IMG/VR virus record: IMGVR_UViG_3300025251_001740
Span: 1-39,438 of that record
Length of the DNA: 39,438 bases
Reading direction: 5' to 3' (one strand)
Origin: a virus
Taxonomy: Duplodnaviria; Caudoviricetes
Made by a program: the position numbers and the translations under genes. This document shows, piece after piece, positions 31,380 to 39,438 of this stretch. The notes under the pieces are model-generated. The model searched no databases, was not told the DNA's origin, and was given only the letters and a program-made list of their open reading frames with translations. The stretch's first letter is position 1. Every line of letters starts with the position of its first letter.

Positions 31380-33288
31380 TATCTACGCTCCTATCTAAAA
31401 TGTCTTGTATATCAGCAACAGATGTTTTATTAAAATCAATTCCATAAGCCAAAGGGGTTCCTCTCTCCTCATCTACAACTTCTCCCTCTTTTAACCTTTC
31501 CAGGGGTGTTTTATTGGGATGGTCAACATTAATAATTCTTGATAATCTTCCTTTTATAACGAATTGAGACATACATACACAATCGAGTTCATCATCGTGC
31601 TGTAGACCCCCATCCCGTGCATCAGGATTAAACTGTTCTATTTGATCTTTTAGCCTACGAAATGAGGATTCATTTTTCCACAACGGTATTTTTATCTTAT
31701 CATGCTCGAACCGCAGCGAGAGTGACGCTATCTTAGTAGTTTTTTCTATCATCCCCGGATTGAGTTTCTTGATTCCGGGAAGATGGGAGATGCCCATCAT
31801 GTCCCTCGCACGGGTTTTAACTAGAGAATCCAACGTATTATAGAGCCCCAATCCCTGTTTAATGGCTTCGGGGTGGATAGTGGGTGTTCTCCAATAATCC
31901 GCAAGTTGCATGGTTTGCTTTACCAATTCGTCCTCACGACATTGAGCACTCCATATATCTAATACAAATAATTCATTCTCAGAGTTAATTCCCATAACAC
32001 ATGCAACCTTAAAGTCTGAATCTGCTGTGGCTGTATATGAAGTATCTACTGTCATAAACAACCTATTCAATCTTAAGAATTCACACATCCTCTTCCTCAC
32101 TATATTGTCCCCCGAGAACCAACATATAAGGGTATTACTAGAGTAAGGATCTTCTTGCAGCATGTTATCCACGTTTTCGTACCACCACCCATGTCTCTCC
32201 TTGGAGAGTGGGGGAAAGTATGTACCTTCCCCCTCACCAGGTCTCGCCATATATTCTGCAAGGAAATTAGGAGTACCGATGATCTCTCGAATCTCTTCGA
32301 GGGACACTCTATCTTTTAACCTAGGATCTGCATTTTTAATTTTTCGTGTGGCGGGCCACATGTCGGGCCAACAAGAAACAACTGTTCCATCCTCTTCTTC
32401 GTATGCTGCTCGAACGATCATTCGTGACCACAAATTGAAACGAGGATCTGATGCTACCTGTTCACCCAATTTGTTTTTTTCTGTTTGCAGCGCGTGCCAT
32501 GCATAGTGACGACGAGATACGAATGTTGCTAACCAATCGACACCACATCCCGAACGCATGACCATGGGAAGAACCACCTTAAACAAGAGGTCATCCATGT
32601 ATTGACGAATAAGGTTCATGGAGGTTGATGCCTTTGGGTCATACTCGGGGTCGTCAAGTACATATCTTCGAGGACGACCACCCCGTTGTCTGGACTCTGC
32701 TGAGATAGCTCGAATCCAACTACCATTTCTTAGTTGCATCATCTCGGTTCCGAATGGTGCTTCACCTCTTTTTGGAACTAATCTGTTGTCTGGGAACTCG
32801 GGATTCCAATCATCCTGAATTCTTTGGTTATGTTGGAACTGATCCTTGAGTGCTTGACCCGTACCTCGTGCATTATCATTCGTAGATGTTGCGTAAAGGA
32901 TTGAATACATGGGACGGGTTATCATTCTCAACAAACAAGCCTTTCGAACAAGATAAGACTTAGCAGAACCTCGTGGTGCAATGCAAATGTTACGGGGCGA
33001 GGAAGCCCACTGTTTTAATATGTCATAATGAAACACGGGAGTTTCTAGAGGATCATCATCATAAAAGAGAGGATTAAAATCTATAGCCTCGTCTGCGTGT
33101 AGATAGTAAAGATCGAAGAATCTTAAACCTGCAGCAAATGCTTCTGATATCTCCTTTGAAGATTTATCTTTTGTTGTCCACAATCGACAAGCATTTATCC
33201 TTGCCTTCCTTTGTCCTTCAACCGATAGTTCTGGATAATCGGAAGGTAAAGGATAAAAAGGATTATTATCTTGTGTGATCCATGTCAT
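31351..33288 (-). CDS. terL: Terminase large subunit
   Basis: Walker A APRGSAKS; RGGRPRRYVLDDPE Walker B; nuclease motifs MTVDTS...SDF and HDDELD. Confidence 0.92.
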   Translation of the reverse strand: MTWITQDNNPFYPLPSDYPELSVEGQRKARINACRLWTTKDKSSKEISEAFAAGLRFFDLYYLHADEAIDFNPLFYDDDPLETPVFHYDILKQWASSPRNICIAPRGSAKSYLVRKACLLRMITRPMYSILYATSTNDNARGTGQALKDQFQHNQRIQDDWNPEFPDNRLVPKRGEAPFGTEMMQLRNGSWIRAISAESRQRGGRPRRYVLDDPEYDPKASTSMNLIRQYMDDLLFKVVLPMVMRSGCGVDWLATFVSRRHYAWHALQTEKNKLGEQVASDPRFNLWSRMIVRAAYEEEDGTVVSCWPDMWPATRKIKNADPRLKDRVSLEEIREIIGTPNFLAEYMARPGEGEGTYFPPLSKERHGWWYENVDNMLQEDPYSSNTLICWFSGDNIVRKRMCEFLRLNRLFMTVDTSYTATADSDFKVACVMGINSENELFVLDIWSAQCREDELVKQTMQLADYWRTPTIHPEAIKQGLGLYNTLDSLVKTRARDMMGISHLPGIKKLNPGMIEKTTKIASLSLRFEHDKIKIPLWKNESSFRRLKDQIEQFNPDARDGGLQHDDELDCVCMSQFVIKGRLSRIINVDHPNKTPLERLKEGEVVDEERGTPLAYGIDFNKTSVADIQDILDRSVDNDSGNPSRI

Positions 33289-33740
33289 TAAGAATCCTTA
33301 TCTGTTGACATCTTAATGAACGCAAGAGAAGCCCCCACTCTAGATAGGGAGACCGCTAGTAATTGTATGTCTGTACCACAATAAGATTCCCGTTCTAGTT
33401 CTTGAAGTACAGGAACGAGATATTCATGTAGTTGTTTCTTCTTGTTGAAAAGGCACCCAAAGACTTCCGTGTATAAGTTTTCAAAACCCCCCGACCACTT
33501 TTCTACATCATAGATTCCCAAGTCCCGAATGGCTGGTGCTGATACTTGGATCATTTCCATCATTGTCATCATCTGAAGAAGGTAGACTGCATTTGATGCT
33601 GTTGGACTTAGAGGTATTTTTTTTTCTGCCTTTTCTACCTTTTCTACCTTTTTTACTGCCTTCTTTTTTGTCTTCTTTTTCGCCACCGTGGGCCGGGAGG
33701 ATTTCGTGTTTTCTTTCGACTTGATCTTGGATTTGGCCAT
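33288..33740 (-). CDS. Hypothetical protein with Lys-rich N-terminus
   Basis: 150 aa; SD TAGGAG; TAATG coupling to terL. Confidence 0.65.
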   Translation of the reverse strand: MAKSKIKSKENTKSSRPTVAKKKTKKKAVKKVEKVEKAEKKIPLSPTASNAVYLLQMMTMMEMIQVSAPAIRDLGIYDVEKWSGGFENLYTEVFGCLFNKKKQLHEYLVPVLQELERESYCGTDIQLLAVSLSRVGASLAFIKMSTDKDS

Positions 33741-34080
33741 TTTGACTCCTAAGGTTAGTTAACAGTGTTGAAGATGACATTGTACGACTTACGTTCGTAT
33801 CTGGCAATGTCTCTGTTTGTTTAACTGTTCCTATCATGCCGTTTGATAGTACCAGCTCTTTCAATAAACTCCTGAAGTGACGCAACGCTGGGAGACTAAC
33901 TTTAGGATCGGGATCTCTCGTGTGTTGAATCACCATAGTGATTTCCTCCATGATATCAAAGTTTGATGCTTTGATAGCCGAAGCAGCACCATCTAATCCA
34001 TAAAAAGAAGTTACTACTTCTTCGGAACTAACTTTCTGTATCTTCCCCAGTGTCGGGTTCTTCGTCAAATTCTTCTTCAT
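33508..34080 (-). CDS. Hypothetical protein, terminase small subunit candidate
   Basis: 190 aa upstream of terL; helical core (TRDPDPKVSLPALRHF) with disordered basic tail; TerS call is positional only. Confidence 0.45.
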   Translation of the reverse strand: MKKNLTKNPTLGKIQKVSSEEVVTSFYGLDGAASAIKASNFDIMEEITMVIQHTRDPDPKVSLPALRHFRSLLKELVLSNGMIGTVKQTETLPDTNVSRTMSSSTLLTNLRSQNGQIQDQVERKHEILPAHGGEKEDKKEGSKKGRKGRKGRKKNTSKSNSIKCSLPSSDDDNDGNDPSISTSHSGLGNL

Positions 34081-34594
34081 ATAAGTCCAGTATACTCTTT
34101 GATTGTAGTGTTACATCATTAAACACACGAATTGATCTCTTGGTGTACTCGTTTTGAAACTCTACTGCCATTTCTCCTATGCCAGCTCTAGCCATTCTCT
34201 CGGCTGCAATTCGAGCAGCAGACTTAGTTTCCGTTGTTAAAGAAAGTCCCCCTAATGCTTTACACGCAAGTAACTCACATAGAAGAGGTTCGAGATTCTT
34301 TGTTACATAATCAACCGCTAACTTAGAAGGTCTCTTCTTTCCGTTTGCTATAGAGAGACAACCCGACACATAAAAGTCTGGTTCCCCCACTCTAGTGATT
34401 GCTTTAAGTGCAAGTTGGAACGAGTTCATCTCAACAAAGGAAGTCTTGCCTATTTCTATGATTGGAACTTGAAGAGCCCTACAAAAAGCTCTGAAGGCTT
34501 TCTTGGTAATATCAGGACCCATCTCCTTGATGTACCACTCCTCAGATAATAGTTTTATCCCTGACCCAAACCCTATGTAAAACTGTTCACTCAT
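34028..34594 (-). CDS. Hypothetical protein with acidic C-terminal tail
   Basis: 188 aa; ATGA overlap with the upstream gene. Confidence 0.65.
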   Translation of the reverse strand: MSEQFYIGFGSGIKLLSEEWYIKEMGPDITKKAFRAFCRALQVPIIEIGKTSFVEMNSFQLALKAITRVGEPDFYVSGCLSIANGKKRPSKLAVDYVTKNLEPLLCELLACKALGGLSLTTETKSAARIAAERMARAGIGEMAVEFQNEYTKRSIRVFNDVTLQSKSILDLYEEEFDEEPDTGEDTES

Positions 34595-36915
34595 CTTGCG
34601 AATGTAGGACCGTAGCCCCCTCCCGATACACCAAAGGTTGAGGTTCTGGAATATTCTTCAGGAGTAAGTTGACGACCACCTATTGCTTGTGATGCTGCAA
34701 TAAACGGATCTCCAATAAGTACTTGAGCCACATCTTTAACTCCTCCTGCAAGATGTTTAGGTAAATAAGGATTCACTCCACCAAGTAGGGTATCAAGGTT
34801 ATAGTTTTCTACTCCCCCGACCATAGCACTAGCCGCACCTCCGAAAGCACCTCCCAAGTCTGCACCTTCCCAAGCTTCTTTATTTATCGCATCACTCCAG
34901 TCCCAAGCGTTATCTTTATGGGAACCTAAAAGCATTGCTAAGGATGCTAACGCCCCACCTTTTACGGCTCCCGGATTAGCATTGATTGCTTGTCTTATTG
35001 CTTTAACATCAGGAGTCCTAACAAATCCTCTTCTTGTTCCACCCCTCGGTTTTACTTCTTGTGCAGACAATATAGTACGATAGCGATCAGCACTGTCTTT
35101 CCCTACTTGAATTTGGAAGGTTCGTTTCCCGTCTTTGCTTTTTATAGTGACAGAACCTTCGTAATTGTGAGGTAAGTTCCTAAGTTCCATTTGCTTCTTA
35201 GCCGCAGTTCTTATGTCCTCATTTGAATTAAACCCTAACTCTTTTCGAAGATCTTCCAACCGAGCCATATCGTATCCAGTAGCGGGTGTATTAAGAATCC
35301 TCTTTTCCCCTATTACTTCTGGTGGTGCCATAGTAGGAGGTTTACCTGTATCTGCTTGTGTTCCAGAAATTTTAAGGTCGGGCTGTTCTGCTCGTGCTTT
35401 CTTTCGTGCTTCTTCTCCACCCATACCTTCCCGCATTATTTTCTTTCGTTTCTCTGCTTCAGGATCCCAATCAGGAGGAGGTTCATTAGTGATTCCTTTT
35501 ATGTTTCCCCGTAAAGATTCTGCTTCTTTGAACATTGACTCCATCAACTTATACATTTCCATTCTTTGTTCGGGAGTCATAGAGGGTCGAGATTTACTGG
35601 CTGGACCAAATGCTTTTTCTAGTTCTGCTCTATAATCTATTGGTTTGATAATGCTTTTTCTTTTAATATTTTCTTCGTGTCTTCGCTGTTGTGCAATTTG
35701 CTCAGGAGTAAACTCAGGAACAGGAGCGTCTCCACCCGAAACTGATATAGGTCCTCCATACCCAACAGGACGAGGCACTCCCTTTTCCATTACTACAGGT
35801 CCTGGTTTACCTTTTGGACTTCCGAATTTTTTCCTCATCCTATTGATATATGCTCCTGCTCCTCCTCCTAAAAGCATCTCTTGCCAAGGTATTTCCGCTG
35901 TTTGCATAGAATCACCCATTAACCCTGCCTCCTGCCAAGGGAATCTTCTATCGGGGTTCTGAGTTCCCCTTTGCATCTCTTCCCTTTTCCTTTGCCAATT
36001 ATATTTTGGTTCCTCAATCCCTCTTCCACCACCACCATCTCTTATTGCATCGTCTCTAAGGAAATCCTCAGGTGACTGTCCCATAGGAATATTTAGATTT
36101 TGAGCACCCAGTTGTTCTAATAAATTATTCCGAATCTGAGTTTGTTCTCGCATTTTCCTCTCCATATCTGTCCAGATATCATCATGTTCGGGTAAAGGAC
36201 TTTGTGTTTCTGTGAATGCACCACTACCTTCGGGATAGTCTGGATGGGGTGCAAATTGACGAGCCCCATAATCCTCACTTGTTTTATCTCTCGGTAGAGG
36301 GTCTTGTCCTGCAGGTGATAAGAAGTTGTTACTTAACCAATGACGAAGATCATCCTCGGTCTGCACGTTACCAAGTCGATCAAAGTCTATATTGCTTTGT
36401 GGCTTAGGATTGCGGGGGTTGCTGTCTTGCACCATTGCCATTGCTTGGTTATCTGCTGCTTGTTCCCCTTGAGCATATCTTGCTGATGCAGCTTGTACTT
36501 GTGATGCATAAGTTTGAGGAGTCACCTGTAACATGTTCATTGTATTTGTGGTAGACTGTGCTGTAGTGGTAGGTGTCGAAGTCGGAACCGTAATCGCTTT
36601 TGGTTTGTAACTTGAAGGGTCTGCGGGGTGTGCCCCCGGATGTGCCTCGCTCCATCGTTTCATAAAATCGTCAAACCACGCATTCCACTGAGGTCCCCTA
36701 CCGGGTTGATTCAAACCTCGATTGTATCTCTTAGGTCCACCCGCCCAGTACTTCGCAGCAAAAGCATCCTCGGCACTCGAAACATCGATATGCGTTCGAT
36801 TTCGTTCTTCCATGCCAATACCTAATTCAGGTGCTCCTTCTTTGGTGGGATCTTTTCGGGCCCCAAATTGGAGAGCATCTTTCAGGTTTTGGTCATAGGC
36901 AGGTACGTCACCCAT
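34591..36915 (-). CDS. Large low-complexity hypothetical protein
   Basis: Long open frame; ATG at 36915 (MGDVPAY) avoids overlap with the divergent helicase. Confidence 0.65.
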   Translation of the reverse strand: MGDVPAYDQNLKDALQFGARKDPTKEGAPELGIGMEERNRTHIDVSSAEDAFAAKYWAGGPKRYNRGLNQPGRGPQWNAWFDDFMKRWSEAHPGAHPADPSSYKPKAITVPTSTPTTTAQSTTNTMNMLQVTPQTYASQVQAASARYAQGEQAADNQAMAMVQDSNPRNPKPQSNIDFDRLGNVQTEDDLRHWLSNNFLSPAGQDPLPRDKTSEDYGARQFAPHPDYPEGSGAFTETQSPLPEHDDIWTDMERKMREQTQIRNNLLEQLGAQNLNIPMGQSPEDFLRDDAIRDGGGGRGIEEPKYNWQRKREEMQRGTQNPDRRFPWQEAGLMGDSMQTAEIPWQEMLLGGGAGAYINRMRKKFGSPKGKPGPVVMEKGVPRPVGYGGPISVSGGDAPVPEFTPEQIAQQRRHEENIKRKSIIKPIDYRAELEKAFGPASKSRPSMTPEQRMEMYKLMESMFKEAESLRGNIKGITNEPPPDWDPEAEKRKKIMREGMGGEEARKKARAEQPDLKISGTQADTGKPPTMAPPEVIGEKRILNTPATGYDMARLEDLRKELGFNSNEDIRTAAKKQMELRNLPHNYEGSVTIKSKDGKRTFQIQVGKDSADRYRTILSAQEVKPRGGTRRGFVRTPDVKAIRQAINANPGAVKGGALASLAMLLGSHKDNAWDWSDAINKEAWEGADLGGAFGGAASAMVGGVENYNLDTLLGGVNPYLPKHLAGGVKDVAQVLIGDPFIAASQAIGGRQLTPEEYSRTSTFGVSGGGYGPTFAR

Positions 36916-36933
36916 AATGTAAAGGATACAGTA

Positions 36934-38337
36934 ATGTCTGTTGGAACTCAAGACAGACCACTAACTTCTGCAGAGCCCATGAAAATTGCAGATGCACTGT
37001 TGAGAGGAGTATTTAGAACTCCCTCTGGAAAGTGTGGTCTATGGGCATTTAGAGGAGACTTCTACCAATGGTACGGGGACCGTTGGGAGCGAAGAGAAAT
37101 AGAATGGTTGGAAGATCTTTGTTGGAAAGAACTAGAAGATTCGTACTATCAAGAGATAGGTAATGATGGGTTACCTCGGGTCAGAAGGATCGCACCCAAC
37201 AAGCAGAAGATCGACAACATCGTTAGGGGGCTGGCTGCTAGAATTAGGATCCCCCACTCTAACATCCCTATATGGTTGAATGATCCCAGTAGAGATGCGG
37301 GTAGTGTGATCGCGTTTCAGGATGTATTGGTGGATGCGAAGACGGGAGACATCGTGGAGAGAACCGAGGATTGGTTTGATCCGGTAGTTATTCCCGTGGA
37401 TTACAATCCTGCTGCCGAATGTCCTCGTTGGATGAAGTGCCTGGAAGAGTGGGGTAACAATGATCCAGAGTGGAGTATGTTGTTGATGAGATGGATGGGG
37501 TACTGCCTCATGAATCATAGAAGACATGCTAGGTGGTTACTCATGTATGGGAAGGTCAGGAGTGGTAAGGGTACTATTGGTAAAGTGTTACAGTCCCTGT
37601 TGGGGCGCGATGCGTTTATGAATAGTAGTTTAGACGATTTGTCTAATGATTTTGGGTTGGATGGATTGGAGCATTCTAGGGTTCTTTGTATCAGTGAGGT
37701 TAGTGAGCTGGATGGAAGAGAAGGAGAAAAAGCCACAAGAGTACTGAAAAACATAATTGGACAAGACCCCGTTACCGTGAATGTCAAATACAAGAGACAG
37801 ATGAGAAACATGATAATCAATGCAGCACCTATAGTGCAGGCTAATGAGATACCCTCGTTACCTAATAAGGGTAGAGGTCTTAGTAGTAAGATGCTGGTGC
37901 TTCCTTTTGATGTGAGTTTCGAAGGTCATGAGGACCCGTATCTGATTGACAAGTTGTTGGGGGAGTTAGAGGGGATCGCTGCGTGGGCTGTGCAGGGTGC
38001 TATTGACTTGGAAGCCGAAGAAAACAAGTTCCCGTTGCCTAGTAGAGCAAGTGATACGATACAGATGTACCACCTGCAGAACAATCCGTTTGATTACTTC
38101 TTGGAAGAGAGGTTCATAAGGAGAGAGAGTGGGTTCGTGGCTACAGACCTATTGTGGCTACAATGGAATAATTGGTTGAAAACGAACTCGATAAAGAATC
38201 TTCACGTCGCAAGGAATCAATTGTCGATAAAAATAGAAACGCAAAGTAGTTGGGAAGTGAATAGACATCGACCACACGGGGGAAAGAGGGGCTTAAAAGG
38301 TTTGAGCCTCCGTAAAAGTTTCGAGGACTTGTGTTAA
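36934..38337 (+). CDS. D5/P4-family SF3 helicase (primase-helicase C-terminal type)
   Basis: Walker A GKVRSGKGT, Walker B VLCISE, LKNIIGQD...NVKYK, IVQAN; YNPAAECPRW segment; SD AAAGGA before ATG 36934. Confidence 0.88.
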   Translation: MSVGTQDRPLTSAEPMKIADALLRGVFRTPSGKCGLWAFRGDFYQWYGDRWERREIEWLEDLCWKELEDSYYQEIGNDGLPRVRRIAPNKQKIDNIVRGLAARIRIPHSNIPIWLNDPSRDAGSVIAFQDVLVDAKTGDIVERTEDWFDPVVIPVDYNPAAECPRWMKCLEEWGNNDPEWSMLLMRWMGYCLMNHRRHARWLLMYGKVRSGKGTIGKVLQSLLGRDAFMNSSLDDLSNDFGLDGLEHSRVLCISEVSELDGREGEKATRVLKNIIGQDPVTVNVKYKRQMRNMIINAAPIVQANEIPSLPNKGRGLSSKMLVLPFDVSFEGHEDPYLIDKLLGELEGIAAWAVQGAIDLEAEENKFPLPSRASDTIQMYHLQNNPFDYFLEERFIRRESGFVATDLLWLQWNNWLKTNSIKNLHVARNQLSIKIETQSSWEVNRHRPHGGKRGLKGLSLRKSFEDLC

Positions 38338-38355
38338 ACACAGAAAGGACTGATA

Positions 38356-38649
38356 ATGGAATATGAAAAGATCTTTGAGGTTGTTGGTTGCCCCGCATAC
38401 AGTGAAGACGAAGAGGGCACAATTAGGATATGGGTTGCACTTACTATGAGTAAAGACAACAAAAGTCCGAGGGAGGCCGATCCCAAGATGCTGTGGGCTC
38501 TATTAAGGACCAAGTATAGGGACGGGGATGAAATGGTAGATGAGGATGGTCTTATTTGGGATGTATGGAGAAAAGAGGGAGGGTATGTTTTGTACTGTAT
38601 TGAGACTAAAGAGATAATTGATATCCCGATTCCTGAAGAATTGAAGTGA
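38356..38649 (+). CDS. Small acidic hypothetical protein
   Basis: 97 aa; SD AAAGGA; directly follows the helicase. Confidence 0.65.
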   Translation: MEYEKIFEVVGCPAYSEDEEGTIRIWVALTMSKDNKSPREADPKMLWALLRTKYRDGDEMVDEDGLIWDVWRKEGGYVLYCIETKEIIDIPIPEELK

Positions 38650-38671
38650 ACCAGTAGTGAACCGGATGACC

Positions 38672-38894
38672 GATCCGGGTCAATCCTCGTTTTTAGACTG
38701 GAATCGGGGTTTGATCCGGGTGTGCCACATGTACCGGGTATTTCTGTACTCTTTATATATATTACTATACGCGCAATAGTTAGAAAATACCCGGATCACC
38801 TGGATCAAGAGCCAAAATCGAGCTTCTAGGTACCTAGAGTGGGGATTATTGAACCACGCCATGCGGTACATACCCGGATCGCAACTGGATCACC
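38672..38894. other. Putative replication origin (inverted iterons around an AT-rich core)
   Basis: GATCCGGGT at 38672 and 38713; ACCCGGATC at 38789 and 38872; variants at 38798 and 38884; AT-rich core around 38751-38769. Confidence 0.6.
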
Positions 38895-39057
38895 CGCGTT
38901 TTTGAGCTAAAAATTCCTAGAGAGGACTGCCCTTTCGTCTACAATCAACAGAAAAACACAGGGGGCGACGGGGGGTGACGTTCTGTACACAGATGGGTCT
39001 GCCATGTTTACCGTGGCACGACGCGATGTTTTCCTGTTGCCTGCGACACTTTTACAA

Positions 39058-39301
39058 TTTTACCCCCATGATCAGACACCGCAGTTAGAGTATGACGACC
39101 CGACTAACTCATCTCCCCCTTTGTCGCAGGTCACCGCTCTCCCGCAAGACGTATCGGAACACAAACCGATGTCGGGACGGCAACGGCAGACCCACATTCA
39201 TTTGCGGGCTACGAGCGGCAACCTGCGACAACGGAGGCGGTGAAGATGAGTCAGTCGGCTCGTCAAACTATAATCGCGGTCTCAGAACATGGGAGGTAAA
39301 A
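39058..39301. repeat. Long imperfect inverted repeat (~90-100-nt arms); candidate structured RNA or ssDNA element
   Basis: 39058-39147 aligns to the reverse complement of 39202-39301 at about 76 positions by manual alignment. Confidence 0.9.
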
Positions 39302-39303
39302 CC

Positions 39304-39438
39304 ATGAAAAACGAGAACCCTTCAGAAAGCACGGCTGTTGCTAAGCCCGTAGTAGATATGAATCAACTAGCACTGAAAGCAGTAGTTGAAACCACTTCGA
39401 AGAAAGGTAACCCGACACTGGAAAATGCGAAACAGTTC
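39304..39438 (+). CDS. Hypothetical protein, truncated by window end
   Basis: SD GGGAGG then ATG; 45 open codons MKNENPSESTAVAKPVVDM...; TATAAT at 39269-39274. Confidence 0.6.
   Translation, partial: MKNENPSESTAVAKPVVDMNQLALKAVVETTSKKGNPTLENAKQF

Noticed and set aside
38680-38871. 63-aa minus-strand ORF
   Set aside because: Runs across the iteron array with no coding support
39058-39301. Retron msr-msd, integron attC, protelomerase site or 6S RNA as identity of the hairpin
   Set aside because: No reverse transcriptase, integrase or protelomerase in the window; not a perfect palindrome; no large central bubble. Cannot be excluded without flanking sequence and an Rfam search
39004-39307. ORFs 39004-39243 and 39092-39307
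   Set aside because: They lie within the giant inverted repeat, lack a convincing SD, and are better explained as non-coding structure

Overview
This window is about 39 kb of a tailed dsDNA phage, most likely podovirus-like and from an uncharacterised lineage. All product calls come from motifs and gene order; no database search was run. A tightly coupled minus-strand late module (36915 to 134) reads in order: orphan genes, large terminase, portal, scaffold, major capsid, an adaptor-like protein made of three tandem ~285-aa repeats, two Thr-rich collagen-like fibre proteins (one very Cys-rich), a four-gene glycan-modification cassette (two glycosyltransferase-like genes, SAM methyltransferase, hexapeptide acetyltransferase), tail tube/nozzle, several internal-virion-like proteins and a calcineurin-like metallophosphoesterase. 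On the plus strand are a D5/P4-type SF3 helicase, a small acidic ORF, an iteron/AT-rich origin-like region, a ~245-nt imperfect hairpin with pseudoknot potential, and an ORF running off the right end. I saw no integrase, DNA polymerase, clear lysis gene, tRNA or CRISPR array. The strongest candidates for novelty are the structured element at 38994-39301, the possible fibre-glycosylation system, the triplicated adaptor, and repeated terminator-plus-leaderless-promoter modules.
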